A DNA stretch of 63,770 nucleotides, counting the filler. It is 5 parts of 5 records of this genome, joined end to end, with 100 filler letters (N's around TTAATTAATTAA, not from the genome) between each part and the next. Parts side by side here need not be neighbours in the genome. Positions count along the whole stretch, not along the records: positions 1 to 25,460 come from SRR20825019_1711; 4 more parts are not named here. One strand, 5' to 3'. A program made the position numbers and the translations under genes. Positions 10,514 to 21,274 of this stretch are shown here, piece after piece. Position 1 is the stretch's first letter; each line of letters opens with the position of its first letter. The notes under the pieces are model-generated. The model ran no database searches. It saw only the letters and a program-made list of their open reading frames with translations, and was not told where the DNA came from.

Positions 10514-11422
10514 TTAGTACGCCCACATATCTTGCTCTCTATCTCGTATGCCCTCTTTGATTCTTTGGGCTTCCAAGAGCTGGAACAAGGCATTATCAAA
10601 AATGTAATCGCTTATCTCACGATCCTCGTGAACGTTTTCTTCTTTATAGATGACACCATTGAATCGACGCGCGTTCAACAACATATCAAAAGAAATTGGT
10701 CTTGCAGAGTTTTGCTGGTTGTACACCTTGGCATCGTGCAAAATTTGACGTGCCGCAGGATACCATACCCAGAACAACTCTACTTTGTTCTCCCCAGTTC
10801 CCATAGATTCATCGTCTATGAAGTTTACATCGGGAGCAACTGGGGCAATTCCCAATAAGCGATACTTAAGCTCACCTTGGCGCTTATCGAAATACCACAT
10901 TCCTTTAATTCGGAATTCCTCAATATCAGCGGCTGTCAAATCCCTTCTGTTGATAAACTCAGGGGATATTTGCTCACCAGCATTCAATTGTTCATATCCA
11001 AGATCAGTGGTATCCACTTTACGCAAGGTTGCCGAAAGGTCCTCCAACTTTCTCTTCTCTGTAAAGTAAGAGTCTGCATATACCTCGGTAAGATTACCGT
11101 TTCTGATGTTTTTCATCAAAACGTGGTACAAAGACCTTCTGTCCGCTCCAATACCTATGGTATCGGTTGGGTAATACAATGGAAAGTTAACTCGCTCGTC
11201 AAGATCGATGATTTCCCAGACGGTCTTGGACCAAAGGATATCCCTATCATCCACATAACCGTATTCCAAGGGCTCATCGGCATCTTGCTCTATTTGAGCT
11301 TGGGTTTTCTTACCGATATCTTCGGGCAGCTTGGCATTCAAAATGTTTGCCTGTGCCATGATTGATACTGGCAATATGCCCAACAATCCTATTAATAATG
11401 CGTTTTTCCAATTCATGATCAC
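10514..11422 (-). CDS. gldN: Gliding motility / T9SS protein GldN
   Basis: LEYGYVDDRDILWSKTVWEIIDLDERVNFPLYYP, KGMWYFDKRQGELKYRLLGIAP; last gene of gldKLMN. Confidence 0.95.
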   Translation of the reverse strand: MIMNWKNALLIGLLGILPVSIMAQANILNAKLPEDIGKKTQAQIEQDADEPLEYGYVDDRDILWSKTVWEIIDLDERVNFPLYYPTDTIGIGADRRSLYHVLMKNIRNGNLTEVYADSYFTEKRKLEDLSATLRKVDTTDLGYEQLNAGEQISPEFINRRDLTAADIEEFRIKGMWYFDKRQGELKYRLLGIAPVAPDVNFIDDESMGTGENKVELFWVWYPAARQILHDAKVYNQQNSARPISFDMLLNARRFNGVIYKEENVHEDREISDYIFDNALFQLLEAQRIKEGIRDREQDMWAY

Positions 11423-11442
11423 TTGTATACTTTTTATACTTC

Positions 11443-13014
11443 TTAGTTTGTAAGCTCAACCACTACAGGAGATACTTTTTTCAACTTGTAGCTCTTGTTG
11501 TTTGTGATGTAAGCTTGAATATCGAATATCTGGACAGATTCACCTCTATCTGCTCTCTTAAGTGCAGATTTGGCTCTGGCATCCAATTTGTTTCCGTTTA
11601 CAACTACAGTAGGTTGACCAGGAACTTTGAACTTAAACTGGCTTACAGCAAGGTTCAAGTCAAAATCAAAGTCTTCCAACATAGCGCTAACAGTGGAAAT
11701 TTCCAGGTTGTTTCTTGGCATTTTAACGCTACCAGACTCACCACGAACGGTACCGCTTGGTCTTGGAATATCCTTGATACGGAACTCGGACTTAGTGCTG
11801 ATGCCTTTACCATCTGGCAAAGTACCGGAAGCTGTAATGGTCACAGACCTACCTGTTCCAGGATTCATAACGTACTGGCTTCCACTTCTTCTGCTCAAAC
11901 CAGGAGCATTTGCAGACACCTTGTTATCTGGAATTCCAGGAATAGAAATCGTCATTGGGTTGGCTACCCCACGGTAAACCACGTTCATCTTATCAGCAGA
12001 TATAACCGCTGCGTTGGGCATGGAAATCGTAGCAAAAGTATTGTTCACTTCTACAGGAACTTCTTCACCATCCTGCATAAAGGTCATTGTTCCTTTGATT
12101 GTGTGATCACCTGGAGTACCGGCACTGATCAACATTTTGATACCACCAGCTTCCAATTCGTAATCTTTACCTTCTGTCATTGGTCTTCCATCCAAGGTCA
12201 ACTCAGCTTTTACAGGTGTGGAAGTCTTGTCGGTTTTGCTAACAATGATTTTTCCATCATACTTTTCACCTGCGTAGTAAGCCGTTTTTGGAGCGGACAA
12301 TGAACTTGCAAAGTTGGTCAACGATACAGCTTCGGTCAACTCACCTTCCAAAAGGGTTTTCAACACCTCTTGCTCCGTAGTTTTGATGTCAGCTTGCAAT
12401 TGGGTCATCTTGGTCAAAGAAGCTACCAATGGGAATCCTTCGTAGTGATAGTTGATCCAATCTTGACGGGTTCCGTCTCTCTTCTCAACCTTACCGTCTT
12501 CACCACCTGTAGCAAAGCGAGCTTTCACTGCAGATTTCAAAGATTCGAACTTACCTTCCGGCAATGCATTGATCACGCCTTCACGGTAGTTGTTGATGTA
12601 TTCCATGAACTTTTTTCCTTCTGGGCCTAAATTGTCACCTTGAAAGAATTTTTGGTCCAAGTAATCGGACTTATCCATAACCACATAATCTTTTGGATCC
12701 TCCAAATCTGCGGTCATTTCTTTTTTCAATCCTTCCAAATAGCTGTAGTAGCTATCGGATAGTTCTTTTACCTTTTGAGCATCTTCGTAAAGCGCTCCAT
12801 ACTCTTCAGCATTTTCGGAAGCTTTGGTTTCCAAGCTAGCAAAGAAACTAGCGTTATTGGAATCCATGTTCGTATTGGAAGTTTCCAACTTTTCGTTCAT
12901 AAGTCCGAAAGCTGCAAGTACTTCCTTGCTCATATTAAGGGCCAACATCGCGATGAAGATCAAGTACATAAGGTTGATCATCTTCTGACGTGGTGTTTGT
13001 TTTCCTCCTGCCAT
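11443..13014 (-). CDS. gldM: Gliding motility / T9SS motor protein GldM
   Basis: MAGGKQTPRQKMINLMYLIFIAMLALN N-terminus; ISADKMNVVYRGVANP. Confidence 0.97.
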   Translation of the reverse strand: MAGGKQTPRQKMINLMYLIFIAMLALNMSKEVLAAFGLMNEKLETSNTNMDSNNASFFASLETKASENAEEYGALYEDAQKVKELSDSYYSYLEGLKKEMTADLEDPKDYVVMDKSDYLDQKFFQGDNLGPEGKKFMEYINNYREGVINALPEGKFESLKSAVKARFATGGEDGKVEKRDGTRQDWINYHYEGFPLVASLTKMTQLQADIKTTEQEVLKTLLEGELTEAVSLTNFASSLSAPKTAYYAGEKYDGKIIVSKTDKTSTPVKAELTLDGRPMTEGKDYELEAGGIKMLISAGTPGDHTIKGTMTFMQDGEEVPVEVNNTFATISMPNAAVISADKMNVVYRGVANPMTISIPGIPDNKVSANAPGLSRRSGSQYVMNPGTGRSVTITASGTLPDGKGISTKSEFRIKDIPRPSGTVRGESGSVKMPRNNLEISTVSAMLEDFDFDLNLAVSQFKFKVPGQPTVVVNGNKLDARAKSALKRADRGESVQIFDIQAYITNNKSYKLKKVSPVVVELTN

Positions 13015-13077
13015 GTTTTTCTAATTAGATTTAATAATTAATTTGATTTGGTTTGTTTTCTGTTGATCAAACTCTAA

Positions 13078-13734
13078 TTAGTTTCTTCCGCCCATGGCTG
13101 TAAGCATACCACCGTAAACACCGTTCAAAGAAGAAAGGTTAGTGGCCAACGATTGCATTTGGTCTTTCAAAGCACCTGCGTTCTGTACAACCTCCTCGTT
13201 GATGGAAGCTTGTCTGCTAGCGCTTTCCAATTGTACTTTGTACAAGCTATTCAAAGATTCCATTTGAGCTGCTGCATGAGACAATTCCTCAGAATACTTC
13301 TTAGTGTGTTGGATAGCATCTGTTGTAGGAGTGATATTCTTAGCGGCACCTTCAAAACTCTTGATGCTTTCGCCCAAGTTGGCAAAAAGATCAGAATCGA
13401 TTTTGGCTTCTTTAAGTAGGTTGTCCAATTTCTTGGAAAGAAGACCTTCAGCTTCTTGAGCATCTTTAGCCTCTTGTTTTCTGGAAGCAGATTGCTGACC
13501 TCCTGCCAATTCAGGATAAACCAAAGACCAATCGTACTCATCATCTACCGGTTCAAATGCAGAGATAGCAAAGATCAATGCTTCGGTAATAAGACCAACA
13601 GCAAGAAGAAGTCCACCTGTAAGTGGTCCGAACTCCCAGTGAAGGATCTTGAACAATGCACCAATAATTACTACTGATGCTCCAAGCCCGTAGGCCATGT
13701 TAAACAGCTTTTTTGTTGATTTTGACTGCGCCAT
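13078..13734 (-). CDS. gldL: Gliding motility / T9SS motor protein GldL
   Basis: YGLGASVVIIGALFKILHW, GLITEALIFAISAFEP, WSLVYPEL, LSSLNGVYGGML. Confidence 0.97.
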   Translation of the reverse strand: MAQSKSTKKLFNMAYGLGASVVIIGALFKILHWEFGPLTGGLLLAVGLITEALIFAISAFEPVDDEYDWSLVYPELAGGQQSASRKQEAKDAQEAEGLLSKKLDNLLKEAKIDSDLFANLGESIKSFEGAAKNITPTTDAIQHTKKYSEELSHAAAQMESLNSLYKVQLESASRQASINEEVVQNAGALKDQMQSLATNLSSLNGVYGGMLTAMGGRN

Positions 13735-13819
13735 AATTCTAGTTTTAATTAAGTTATATAAAAAATAAGTATTTGGTTACTACTCTTACTTGTTTATATA
13801 ATGTTCTCTCGTTGTTTTA

Positions 13820-15199
13820 TTATAGTCCGCTTCTGCTACCGTTGGTAGAATCTTCTTCTCCCATGTAATCTTGAACGGTTCTAAATCCAATGTAACTTCT
13901 AGCGGAATCCTGATATTCGTAATCCCTGGTACTTACTTGCAAGAAGTAGGCAACATCTTTCCAAGAACCTCCGCGGATTACTTTACGTTGATTGTCCTGT
14001 GAACCGATATTCGGGTTCATGGTGGACAGGTATTCGTATGCACCTTGATCAAAACTTGAGTTGGTCCATTCGGATACGTTACCGGCCATATTGTACAGGT
14101 TGTATTCGTTTGGCTCAAAAGATTTGGCTTCCACGGTGTATAGGGCGGCATCAGCGGCATAATCACCACGCTGTGGTTTAAAATTGGCCATAAAACATCC
14201 TGTATCACTGATCACATACGGACCACCCCAAGGATATGTCCCTCCTTCGATTCCACCTCTTGCGGCATATTCCCACTCAGCTTCGGTGGGCAACCTGAAC
14301 TGGTTTACGAACTGCTTGCCGCGACTTTTTTGGTCATCGTTCTTGAACTTGGTCCTCCAGTTACAGAAAGCTTTGGCCTGCATCCAGTTAACACCAACCA
14401 CAGGATAATCACTGTAGGCGTCGTGCCAAAAGTAATCGTTGTGCATTGGCTCGTTGTAGCTGTATTCAAAATCCCGGATCCATACAGTGGTATCGGGATA
14501 AATCTCCAATTCTTCGTGCTTAATGAAATCCTTTCTGTTACCGGTCCTGGCCCTAGCGGCTGCTTCGATATCCATCCAGCTGTACTTATATTTTAACTTG
14601 GTAACGTCCACACTTCTCAAGCCGTTATAGCTTTCTTCTTCGGGTAGGTAGATGGAATCCATAACCTCTGCGTAGTACTCATCTGGATATTCGGATGTAT
14701 CCCATACCAAGTCCACATCTTTGTTCAATGCCCTTCCTTCGTACCCGGTCGCTCCCAGACCCGCGTAGTTGTCGAGCATATATTTATCATAAACGGATAG
14801 TTCGGTAGTATCTGTATCTTTAAAAGCATACTCCCCGATACCTTCATCCTCTGGGCTTATCCCCAGCTCGTCGGCCAAAATGGCCAATTTTGTTCTTACT
14901 ATGGAATCCTTGACCCACTCCACAAACTGTCGGTACTCACTATTGGTGATTTCCGTGTCGTCCATATAAAAGGAACGTACGGTAACCGTTCTTGTGGGAG
15001 CGTTCAATACTTTTGCCTGATCCTCCTCGGCTTTACCCATAACAAAGGCGCCGCGGGGAATCAGTTCCATTCCATAGGGTTTTTCTGGATGCCATTTTTT
15101 TCCACTGACCCCAACTAGTTCACCTTTTGATCTTGATTTAGAGCCACAACTGGTAAGCAAAAAAACAAGTGCTATAGATGAAAAGAATAGCTTTCTCAT
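13820..15199 (-). CDS. gldK: Gliding motility / T9SS lipoprotein GldK
   Basis: Lipobox LTSC, FGE-sulfatase-like domain (FRLPTEAEWEYAARGG, MAGNVSEW, RGGSWKD). Confidence 0.97.
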   Translation of the reverse strand: MRKLFFSSIALVFLLTSCGSKSRSKGELVGVSGKKWHPEKPYGMELIPRGAFVMGKAEEDQAKVLNAPTRTVTVRSFYMDDTEITNSEYRQFVEWVKDSIVRTKLAILADELGISPEDEGIGEYAFKDTDTTELSVYDKYMLDNYAGLGATGYEGRALNKDVDLVWDTSEYPDEYYAEVMDSIYLPEEESYNGLRSVDVTKLKYKYSWMDIEAAARARTGNRKDFIKHEELEIYPDTTVWIRDFEYSYNEPMHNDYFWHDAYSDYPVVGVNWMQAKAFCNWRTKFKNDDQKSRGKQFVNQFRLPTEAEWEYAARGGIEGGTYPWGGPYVISDTGCFMANFKPQRGDYAADAALYTVEAKSFEPNEYNLYNMAGNVSEWTNSSFDQGAYEYLSTMNPNIGSQDNQRKVIRGGSWKDVAYFLQVSTRDYEYQDSARSYIGFRTVQDYMGEEDSTNGSRSGL

Positions 15200-15320
15200 A
15201 CTTTAGGTTAAATTATTCGATTCAAGATTTATAACTGCACTACACAGGTTTATTATTCTCAAAACTGATTTTTGAATGAATTATTGTGTAAAAACAATTA
15301 ATGGTCAAAATTTAATTTAA

Positions 15321-16478
15321 TTAGTTCAGCCCCTTTCTATAGGCTTTGAACCACCTTTCCGGAATGTTCTGGTTGCAAGCATCCAGATAGTCCTCTTCGG
15401 TGCATGGTAATAACGCCACCGAATTTGTTTTAGTATGTTCAGCTAAAATTGTTGGCACTTCTACCCACCATCTTTCTGTAACATGACTTTTGAAGAAGAC
15501 CAATTCCTCGGTGTCCGTGGGCACGGTAAACTTTGTGAAGTCTTCGCTCTTGGAGCTTGGGTATTCTTTTATTCTAAAACTCAACCCTTCTATGAAGTAC
15601 CAGATGATCTGGGCGATCATCTGAAAGGCTTGGTGTGAATTCTCTCCCTCGTAGATACCGAACAGGGTTACTTTGTCACTTATCCCTGCATAGCGGGCAA
15701 TGGCACATATCTCCCTTCCGGTAAACCCGTTGGGAGAAAAATTTCTGGAGCCGCCCATTTCACTTGCTCGAATCGCCCTTAAATCCAAACTAACAATATC
15801 GCTACTGCGCAATACCGGTTCCGCCAATTCTATGTTGGCCGCAATCTCACCTAACCTGTAAGCATCAAAGAACAGACGCTCCATTAAATCCTTTTCCTCC
15901 TGGGCATTGAAGTAGCTCTGGTAACCAATATTGGAAAAATTGAATAGGTTGTTGGGCTTGTCGGTGATAATTTTGCTCATGTAGGAATGTGATGAAATCA
16001 ATTCATCGTCCTCACCAAAGTCAAAACGACTATCGATGGAGACCAGATTCACCATACTCTTTATTTTATCAAAAGCACGATACGTGGGAAAGGTAATGTC
16101 CTGGGTAAGTCCCAGAACAATTGGTATAATATTTTCTTCAAGGAGACCGGCTACAATTTCCTTTACCACAAAATAGGTATCCTCTACAGTATTGCCCTCC
16201 TCCACGTCGCCAATATCGATAATAGTGGAGTTCCAGTTACCCATCATAAGACGGTAAAGCTGGATACGGACCTCATCAAGATCCAATTTTTCGGGTTTTT
16301 TCTCAAAAGCGTTTCTGGATTCCAAGACACCAAAAATGGCAACATCAGCTTGAGCGAACACAGGTAGCCCATCCTTTTCGGTATGCATATGAACGTTCTT
16401 GCCCAATGCCTGTTCTGGCAACAATTCGGAATGTGCCAATACCTTGTCCTTGACCGGAACCAGAAAATCGAACGCCAT
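15321..16478 (-). CDS. Arginase/formimidoylglutamase-like protein with degenerate metal site
   Basis: Ureohydrolase fold motifs (DIGDV, NIGYQ, SPNGFTGRE), but the GGDH, DAHxD and DxD ligands read GLTQD, DSRFD and DLR. Confidence 0.8.
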   Translation of the reverse strand: MAFDFLVPVKDKVLAHSELLPEQALGKNVHMHTEKDGLPVFAQADVAIFGVLESRNAFEKKPEKLDLDEVRIQLYRLMMGNWNSTIIDIGDVEEGNTVEDTYFVVKEIVAGLLEENIIPIVLGLTQDITFPTYRAFDKIKSMVNLVSIDSRFDFGEDDELISSHSYMSKIITDKPNNLFNFSNIGYQSYFNAQEEKDLMERLFFDAYRLGEIAANIELAEPVLRSSDIVSLDLRAIRASEMGGSRNFSPNGFTGREICAIARYAGISDKVTLFGIYEGENSHQAFQMIAQIIWYFIEGLSFRIKEYPSSKSEDFTKFTVPTDTEELVFFKSHVTERWWVEVPTILAEHTKTNSVALLPCTEEDYLDACNQNIPERWFKAYRKGLN

Positions 16479-16480
16479 AG

Positions 16481-18961
16481 TTATTTCTTAGCTTTTGTCT
16501 TGGCTTTTTTCTTTGGTGATTTCTTTTCCAGTAGGGCCTGCGCTTCTTCCAAGGTGATTTTTGTAGCATCCACATCCTTGGAAAGCTCCACTTTTACCCT
16601 ACCTTTTATAATATTGTGTCTCCCCCAACGGGCTTTTTCTATCCGTATCTTTTCTTCTGACCATTCCTGAACGATTTTTTCAGCCTCCTTTTTCTTCTTG
16701 GCCTCGATCAATTCAGCGATATCTCCGTCGGATAAATCATCAAAATCGTATTTCTTGTTCACATTGATAAACATGCCGTCCCACTTGATAAATGGTCCAA
16801 ACCTACCTTTACCTTTGGTAACATCCTTTCCTTCATAAGTGCCGATGGGCGCATCCGCTTTTTGCTTTTCCTTGATAAGTTCAATGGCACGTTCCATATC
16901 CACATCAAAAGCGCTTTCTCCTTGAGCCAGCGAAATGAATTTTTTTCCAAATCGCACATAAGGACCGTATCTACCTACATTAGCTTCTACCTCTTCGCCT
17001 TCGTAAACACCTAATTTTCGTGGAAGCTCAAAAAGAGTCATTGCTTCTTCAAAAGTAATGGTACCAATGGACTGGTCTGGCAGCAAGCTGGCAAACTCTG
17101 GTTTTTCTTCATCATCTACGGTCCCAATCTGAACCATCGGTCCAAAACGGCCCAACCTTACTGAAACTTGTCTGCCTGATTTTGGGTCGGTTCCCAAAAC
17201 ACGTTCTCCACTGGCGCGCTCGGCATTTTCCTCTACCTCCAGCACATTAGGATGAAAATCTTTATAGAAATTTTTCATCATTTCCTGCCAATCCTCATCT
17301 CCTGAAGCGATTTCATCAAAATCCTCTTCTACTTGCGCGGTAAAGTTGTAATCCAAAATTTGGGTAAAGTGAGTCATCAAAAAGTCGTTTACGATCATCC
17401 CTATATCGGTAGGCACAATCTTTCCCTTTTCGGAGCCGACCATTTCGCTCAGTTGGCTATCGGACACTTTCCCGTTCTCCAGTACCAATTGCATATATTT
17501 TCGCTCGGAACCTTCAACAGTACCCTTTTCTACATAGCCTCTGTTCTGTATGGTAGATATGGTGGGGGCGTAAGTAGATGGTCTTCCGATGCCCAACTCC
17601 TCCAATTTCTTCACCAAAGAAGCTTCCGAATAACGATAGGGTGGCCTGGAAAATCTTTCGGTTGCCGAAATAAATACGTTTTGAAGTGGCTCTCCCACCT
17701 TCATGGCTGGCAACATTCCTTCTTGCTCTTCACTATCCTCATCATCAGTTCCTTCGAGATATACCTTTAAGAAACCATCAAATTTTACCACTTCACCGTT
17801 TGCAGAAAATTCTTCGCCATGGGTACTGGCTTTTATCTTAACATTGGTACGTTCTAATTGAGCATCGCTCATTTGGGATGCCAGGGTACGTTTCCAAATA
17901 AGTTCGTATAATTTGGCCTGGTCTCGCTCCAATTGGGGCGATTGCAACTTCATATCGGTAGGCCGGATGGCCTCGTGCGCCTCTTGCGCTCCTTTGGATT
18001 TCCCTGTAAAGTTTCTGGTTTGACTATATTTTTCGCCGTAGTTATCCAGAATAGCATCTTTTGCCGCAGCCAATGCTTCGTTGGAAAGGTTGACGCTATC
18101 CGTTCTCATATAGGTAATAAGACCTGCCTCGTACAAGCGTTGTGCCACCTGCATGGTACGGCTTACCGAAAAATAAAGTTTCCTTGAAGCTTCCTGCTGC
18201 AAGGTAGATGTGGTAAACGGTGCTGCCGGAGATTTCTTTGCCGGTTTTTGGGCCAAATCCGAAACCGAAAAATCCGCTCCAATATTTTCCTTTAAAAATG
18301 ATTCTGCTGCTTGCTTGGTCGGGAACGTAGTGTTCAGCTTTGCGGCAAATGTATTTCCTTCGTTGGTCTTGAACTCAGCTTTGATACGAAAAGATGCCTC
18401 AGGCGTAAACCCTTCAATTTCCCTTTCGCGCTCAACGATCAAACGTACCGCCACAGATTGCACACGCCCTGCTGAAAGTCCCGGTTTTATTTTTTTCCAA
18501 AGAACGGGTGACAGTTCGTAACCCACCAACCTGTCCAAAACCCTACGGGCCTGCTGTGCATTAACCAAGTTATAGTTAATGTCTCTTGGGTTTTCTATCG
18601 CCTTTTGGATGGCCGATTTGGTAATGGAGTTGAATACGATTCTTTTGGTCTTGCTCTTGTCCAGTCCCAATTCCTCTGCCAAGTGCCATGATATCGCCTC
18701 TCCTTCACGGTCCTCATCACTCGCAAGCCATATGGTTTCTGCTTTTTTAGCTAAATCCTTGAGTTTTTTTACCAAGGCTTTTTTCTCCTTGTCAACAGTA
18801 TATTTCGGCTTAAAATCGTTTTCCACGTCTACTCCAAGCTCTTTCGAGGGGAGGTCGGCAATATGCCCAAAACTGGACTCGACTTGGAACTCTTTTCCTA
18901 GAAATCGTTCAATGGTCTTTGCCTTTGCGGGGGACTCTACAATAACTAAATTCTTTGGCAT
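16481..18961 (-). CDS. topA: DNA topoisomerase I
   Basis: LVIVESPAKAKTI TOPRIM, DEDREGEAI, SAGRVQS, active site ITYMRTDS, Topo_C repeats (GRFGP, GRYGP). Confidence 0.98.
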   Translation of the reverse strand: MPKNLVIVESPAKAKTIERFLGKEFQVESSFGHIADLPSKELGVDVENDFKPKYTVDKEKKALVKKLKDLAKKAETIWLASDEDREGEAISWHLAEELGLDKSKTKRIVFNSITKSAIQKAIENPRDINYNLVNAQQARRVLDRLVGYELSPVLWKKIKPGLSAGRVQSVAVRLIVEREREIEGFTPEASFRIKAEFKTNEGNTFAAKLNTTFPTKQAAESFLKENIGADFSVSDLAQKPAKKSPAAPFTTSTLQQEASRKLYFSVSRTMQVAQRLYEAGLITYMRTDSVNLSNEALAAAKDAILDNYGEKYSQTRNFTGKSKGAQEAHEAIRPTDMKLQSPQLERDQAKLYELIWKRTLASQMSDAQLERTNVKIKASTHGEEFSANGEVVKFDGFLKVYLEGTDDEDSEEQEGMLPAMKVGEPLQNVFISATERFSRPPYRYSEASLVKKLEELGIGRPSTYAPTISTIQNRGYVEKGTVEGSERKYMQLVLENGKVSDSQLSEMVGSEKGKIVPTDIGMIVNDFLMTHFTQILDYNFTAQVEEDFDEIASGDEDWQEMMKNFYKDFHPNVLEVEENAERASGERVLGTDPKSGRQVSVRLGRFGPMVQIGTVDDEEKPEFASLLPDQSIGTITFEEAMTLFELPRKLGVYEGEEVEANVGRYGPYVRFGKKFISLAQGESAFDVDMERAIELIKEKQKADAPIGTYEGKDVTKGKGRFGPFIKWDGMFINVNKKYDFDDLSDGDIAELIEAKKKKEAEKIVQEWSEEKIRIEKARWGRHNIIKGRVKVELSKDVDATKITLEEAQALLEKKSPKKKAKTKAKK

Positions 18962-18980
18962 GCACTTGGTTTTGTCCTAA

Positions 18981-18988
18981 CAAAAGTA
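18981..18988 (-). promoter_or_regulatory. Bacteroidetes -7 element (TACTTTTG) for topA
   Basis: Consensus TAnnTTTG ~20 nt upstream of the topA start. Confidence 0.6.
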
Positions 18989-19027
18989 TATCAATTTTTC
19001 GATTTTGTGGTTTTGCCCTTTACCAAT

Positions 19028-19055
19028 AAAAAAATATCCCACTAAAAGTGGGATA
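19028..19055 (-). terminator. Intrinsic terminator after the LVIVD gene
   Basis: TATCCCACT-aaa-AGTGGGATA hairpin plus a 7-U tract on the minus strand. Confidence 0.8.
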
Positions 19056-19074
19056 AGAAAAGTTGATTTTTTAT

Positions 19075-20328
19075 CTAGTTGAGCCCTATCTGACTTATTA
19101 GTTTAATACTACCGTCAAGGTATTCATATTGATATAGTATTTCATCGCCGACCATAATCAGATGGTTTTCCATGGGAATCACATCATAGGTGACGATATC
19201 TTCAAAATGGTTCAATTCGATTAAATTATTAATGTCTGTCTTATCATAAACCTTAAGACCTGAGGCCCCGTCGCATATAAATATTTTTTCATTCTTGATT
19301 CCCAGACCATACGGCCCATCCATAGGATAGGTTATGACCAGTTCAGGATTTTCTATATTGGAAATATCCACAATATATAATCCGCTTTCGGTAGCGCCAC
19401 ACATATTGCCGCCCCTTAAGGTTACGTAGGCATAATCGCCATCTACTACAACAGGGTCACAGGCCGTGCCATGTTGGAACTCCGATACAAAAGTTGGTGT
19501 TGCCGGAGATGAAATATCATAAATATACATTCCCCTCATACTGCCCAAGAACAAATAATTGTCCCGGTTAAAAATGGTTTCAATATCAAAACCTGCATGC
19601 ACATCGTCCAAAACCTGAGGATTGTCCAAATCTGAAATATTGAAGATATTGATGTTGTGACTATCGACGGCGTATAAATAATCCTCCACAATTTTAAACC
19701 TTGCCAACGACCCACCTTGGCCAGTTCCTCCACTGGCATCGTTCGCCACTTCGGCAAAAGCAATCCCAAAATCTCCAAAACGAGATTGGTATTGCTCCTT
19801 CGACATACGTTCAGAGACCATTTCCCACCCTACAATAATTTCATCAGAGTAATAATCATAATCGCCATAATCGACCAAGTCGGCCTCAAAAGGGGCTGCC
19901 ACATAATCTTGCAATACATTTTCTAACCGATTTACGATTGTGATGTTATCAAGATCAGAAATATCTAATATCACCAAATCCATTAGACTATCGGCATAAA
20001 GAAAATTGTTCTTTACGGAAATATCCACATTTCCCGGGATTTGAATGAAAGCCACCTTTACGGGTTGGTTCGGATTACTGTTATCTATAACATGTATTCC
20101 TTCATATTTATCGTTGATGAAAATATAATCCCCATAGGTATAAACCTTGCCAGATTCGTTCATGGGTCGAGGGGCTATAACATCCACACTATTGGCAAAC
20201 TCTGCACGATTCATCGTCAAAGGACGGGCTACCAAATACTCCTCATATGTACCGTTGGAATCATCATCGGAGCAAGAGGTGAACAATAAAAAATTGATGC
20301 ATAAAAATAAAAGGACCTTGGTCTTCAT
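19075..20328 (-). CDS. LVIVD-repeat beta-propeller lipoprotein
   Basis: Lipobox FTSC then acidic linker; repeats GIHVIDNSNP, LVILDISD, GMYIYDISSPATP, GLYIVDISNIENP. Confidence 0.85.
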   Translation of the reverse strand: MKTKVLLFLCINFLLFTSCSDDDSNGTYEEYLVARPLTMNRAEFANSVDVIAPRPMNESGKVYTYGDYIFINDKYEGIHVIDNSNPNQPVKVAFIQIPGNVDISVKNNFLYADSLMDLVILDISDLDNITIVNRLENVLQDYVAAPFEADLVDYGDYDYYSDEIIVGWEMVSERMSKEQYQSRFGDFGIAFAEVANDASGGTGQGGSLARFKIVEDYLYAVDSHNINIFNISDLDNPQVLDDVHAGFDIETIFNRDNYLFLGSMRGMYIYDISSPATPTFVSEFQHGTACDPVVVDGDYAYVTLRGGNMCGATESGLYIVDISNIENPELVITYPMDGPYGLGIKNEKIFICDGASGLKVYDKTDINNLIELNHFEDIVTYDVIPMENHLIMVGDEILYQYEYLDGSIKLISQIGLN

Positions 20329-20396
20329 AGCGGCTTGTTTTTTAGTTGTTTAGACACAGACCAAAGCATTTCGTTGCGCCATTTACCACAAAAAAA

Positions 20397-21125
20397 TCAT
20401 ACGTCCATCGAAACCCCAACCGCATCTTTATGTATAAAGTAGATCGGAATTTTACTGAACATTGCAGTAAACAATACTCCGACCAAGCATAGGATCGCTC
20501 CTAATTGACCGACCAATCCCGAAACAAGTATCAAAAGGAATATCATCAACCAGTTTTTGTTGCCAAGGGCAAAACTTGCCTTCACTACTTCCAAAGCGGT
20601 AAGTTCCCTGTCAAAAGCAAAAAATGCAGGAAACAAGGACATGGGCACCATAAGGTAAATTATCCCCAAGCCGCAAGCCAAAACACCCAAAAAGGACAAA
20701 CCGACCATGATCAAAGAAATAATCAATGCCTTGGACAAATACTCCCTTTTAAAATAGTAGAAGTAGTCGTCCTTCCCCGATTCGTTCAAATCATATTTTC
20801 TACAGATTCTTAGAAAAGCGGCATTCAAACAAATACCTATTGTCATCACACCGATCACAAACAAAGGCATAACCAAAGTCATCAACCCTGCAAATAAAGG
20901 CGGTATTTCTTGCTGTTCAAAAATATCAGGATCACTTATCCCCATAGCTATCATTGGCAAGTAGATCAACAAATAGAACGGAAGAATTGCCGCAAATGTC
21001 AATATAAGCGTTATAAAACCTTGTAGCCATACTTTTTTAAAAAGCTCAACGGAGTTGTTGAACACAGACCCGAATTCTACCTGGGCGCTTTGCTGTATTC
21101 TTTCGGAAAGACTAGTGAAATTCAT
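20397..21125 (-). CDS. Conserved integral membrane protein of unknown function
   Basis: 242 aa, ~5-6 hydrophobic segments, GVLACGLGI / GAILCLVGVLFT motifs. Confidence 0.75.
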   Translation of the reverse strand: MNFTSLSERIQQSAQVEFGSVFNNSVELFKKVWLQGFITLILTFAAILPFYLLIYLPMIAMGISDPDIFEQQEIPPLFAGLMTLVMPLFVIGVMTIGICLNAAFLRICRKYDLNESGKDDYFYYFKREYLSKALIISLIMVGLSFLGVLACGLGIIYLMVPMSLFPAFFAFDRELTALEVVKASFALGNKNWLMIFLLILVSGLVGQLGAILCLVGVLFTAMFSKIPIYFIHKDAVGVSMDV

Positions 21126-21274
21126 TGTACTGTTTAGATTGTTTTTAAAGTGAAAGGTAATATTAACAAGGGATATCGCAATATATTATTAAAAAATACT
21201 GCCATATTGTCACTAAAATGTAATAAGCACTATCTTTGCACCCCATTGAAACATTTATGATAGAGGAAAAAAGC

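Noticed and set aside
11515-12303. 262-aa + strand ORF and the many similar antisense ORFs over clpC, thrA, topA and the RND gene
   Set aside because: Shadow frames of well-conserved genes with no recognisable motifs
10514-15199. gldKLMN as a novel secretion system
   Set aside because: Well-characterised T9SS/gliding core in its usual order
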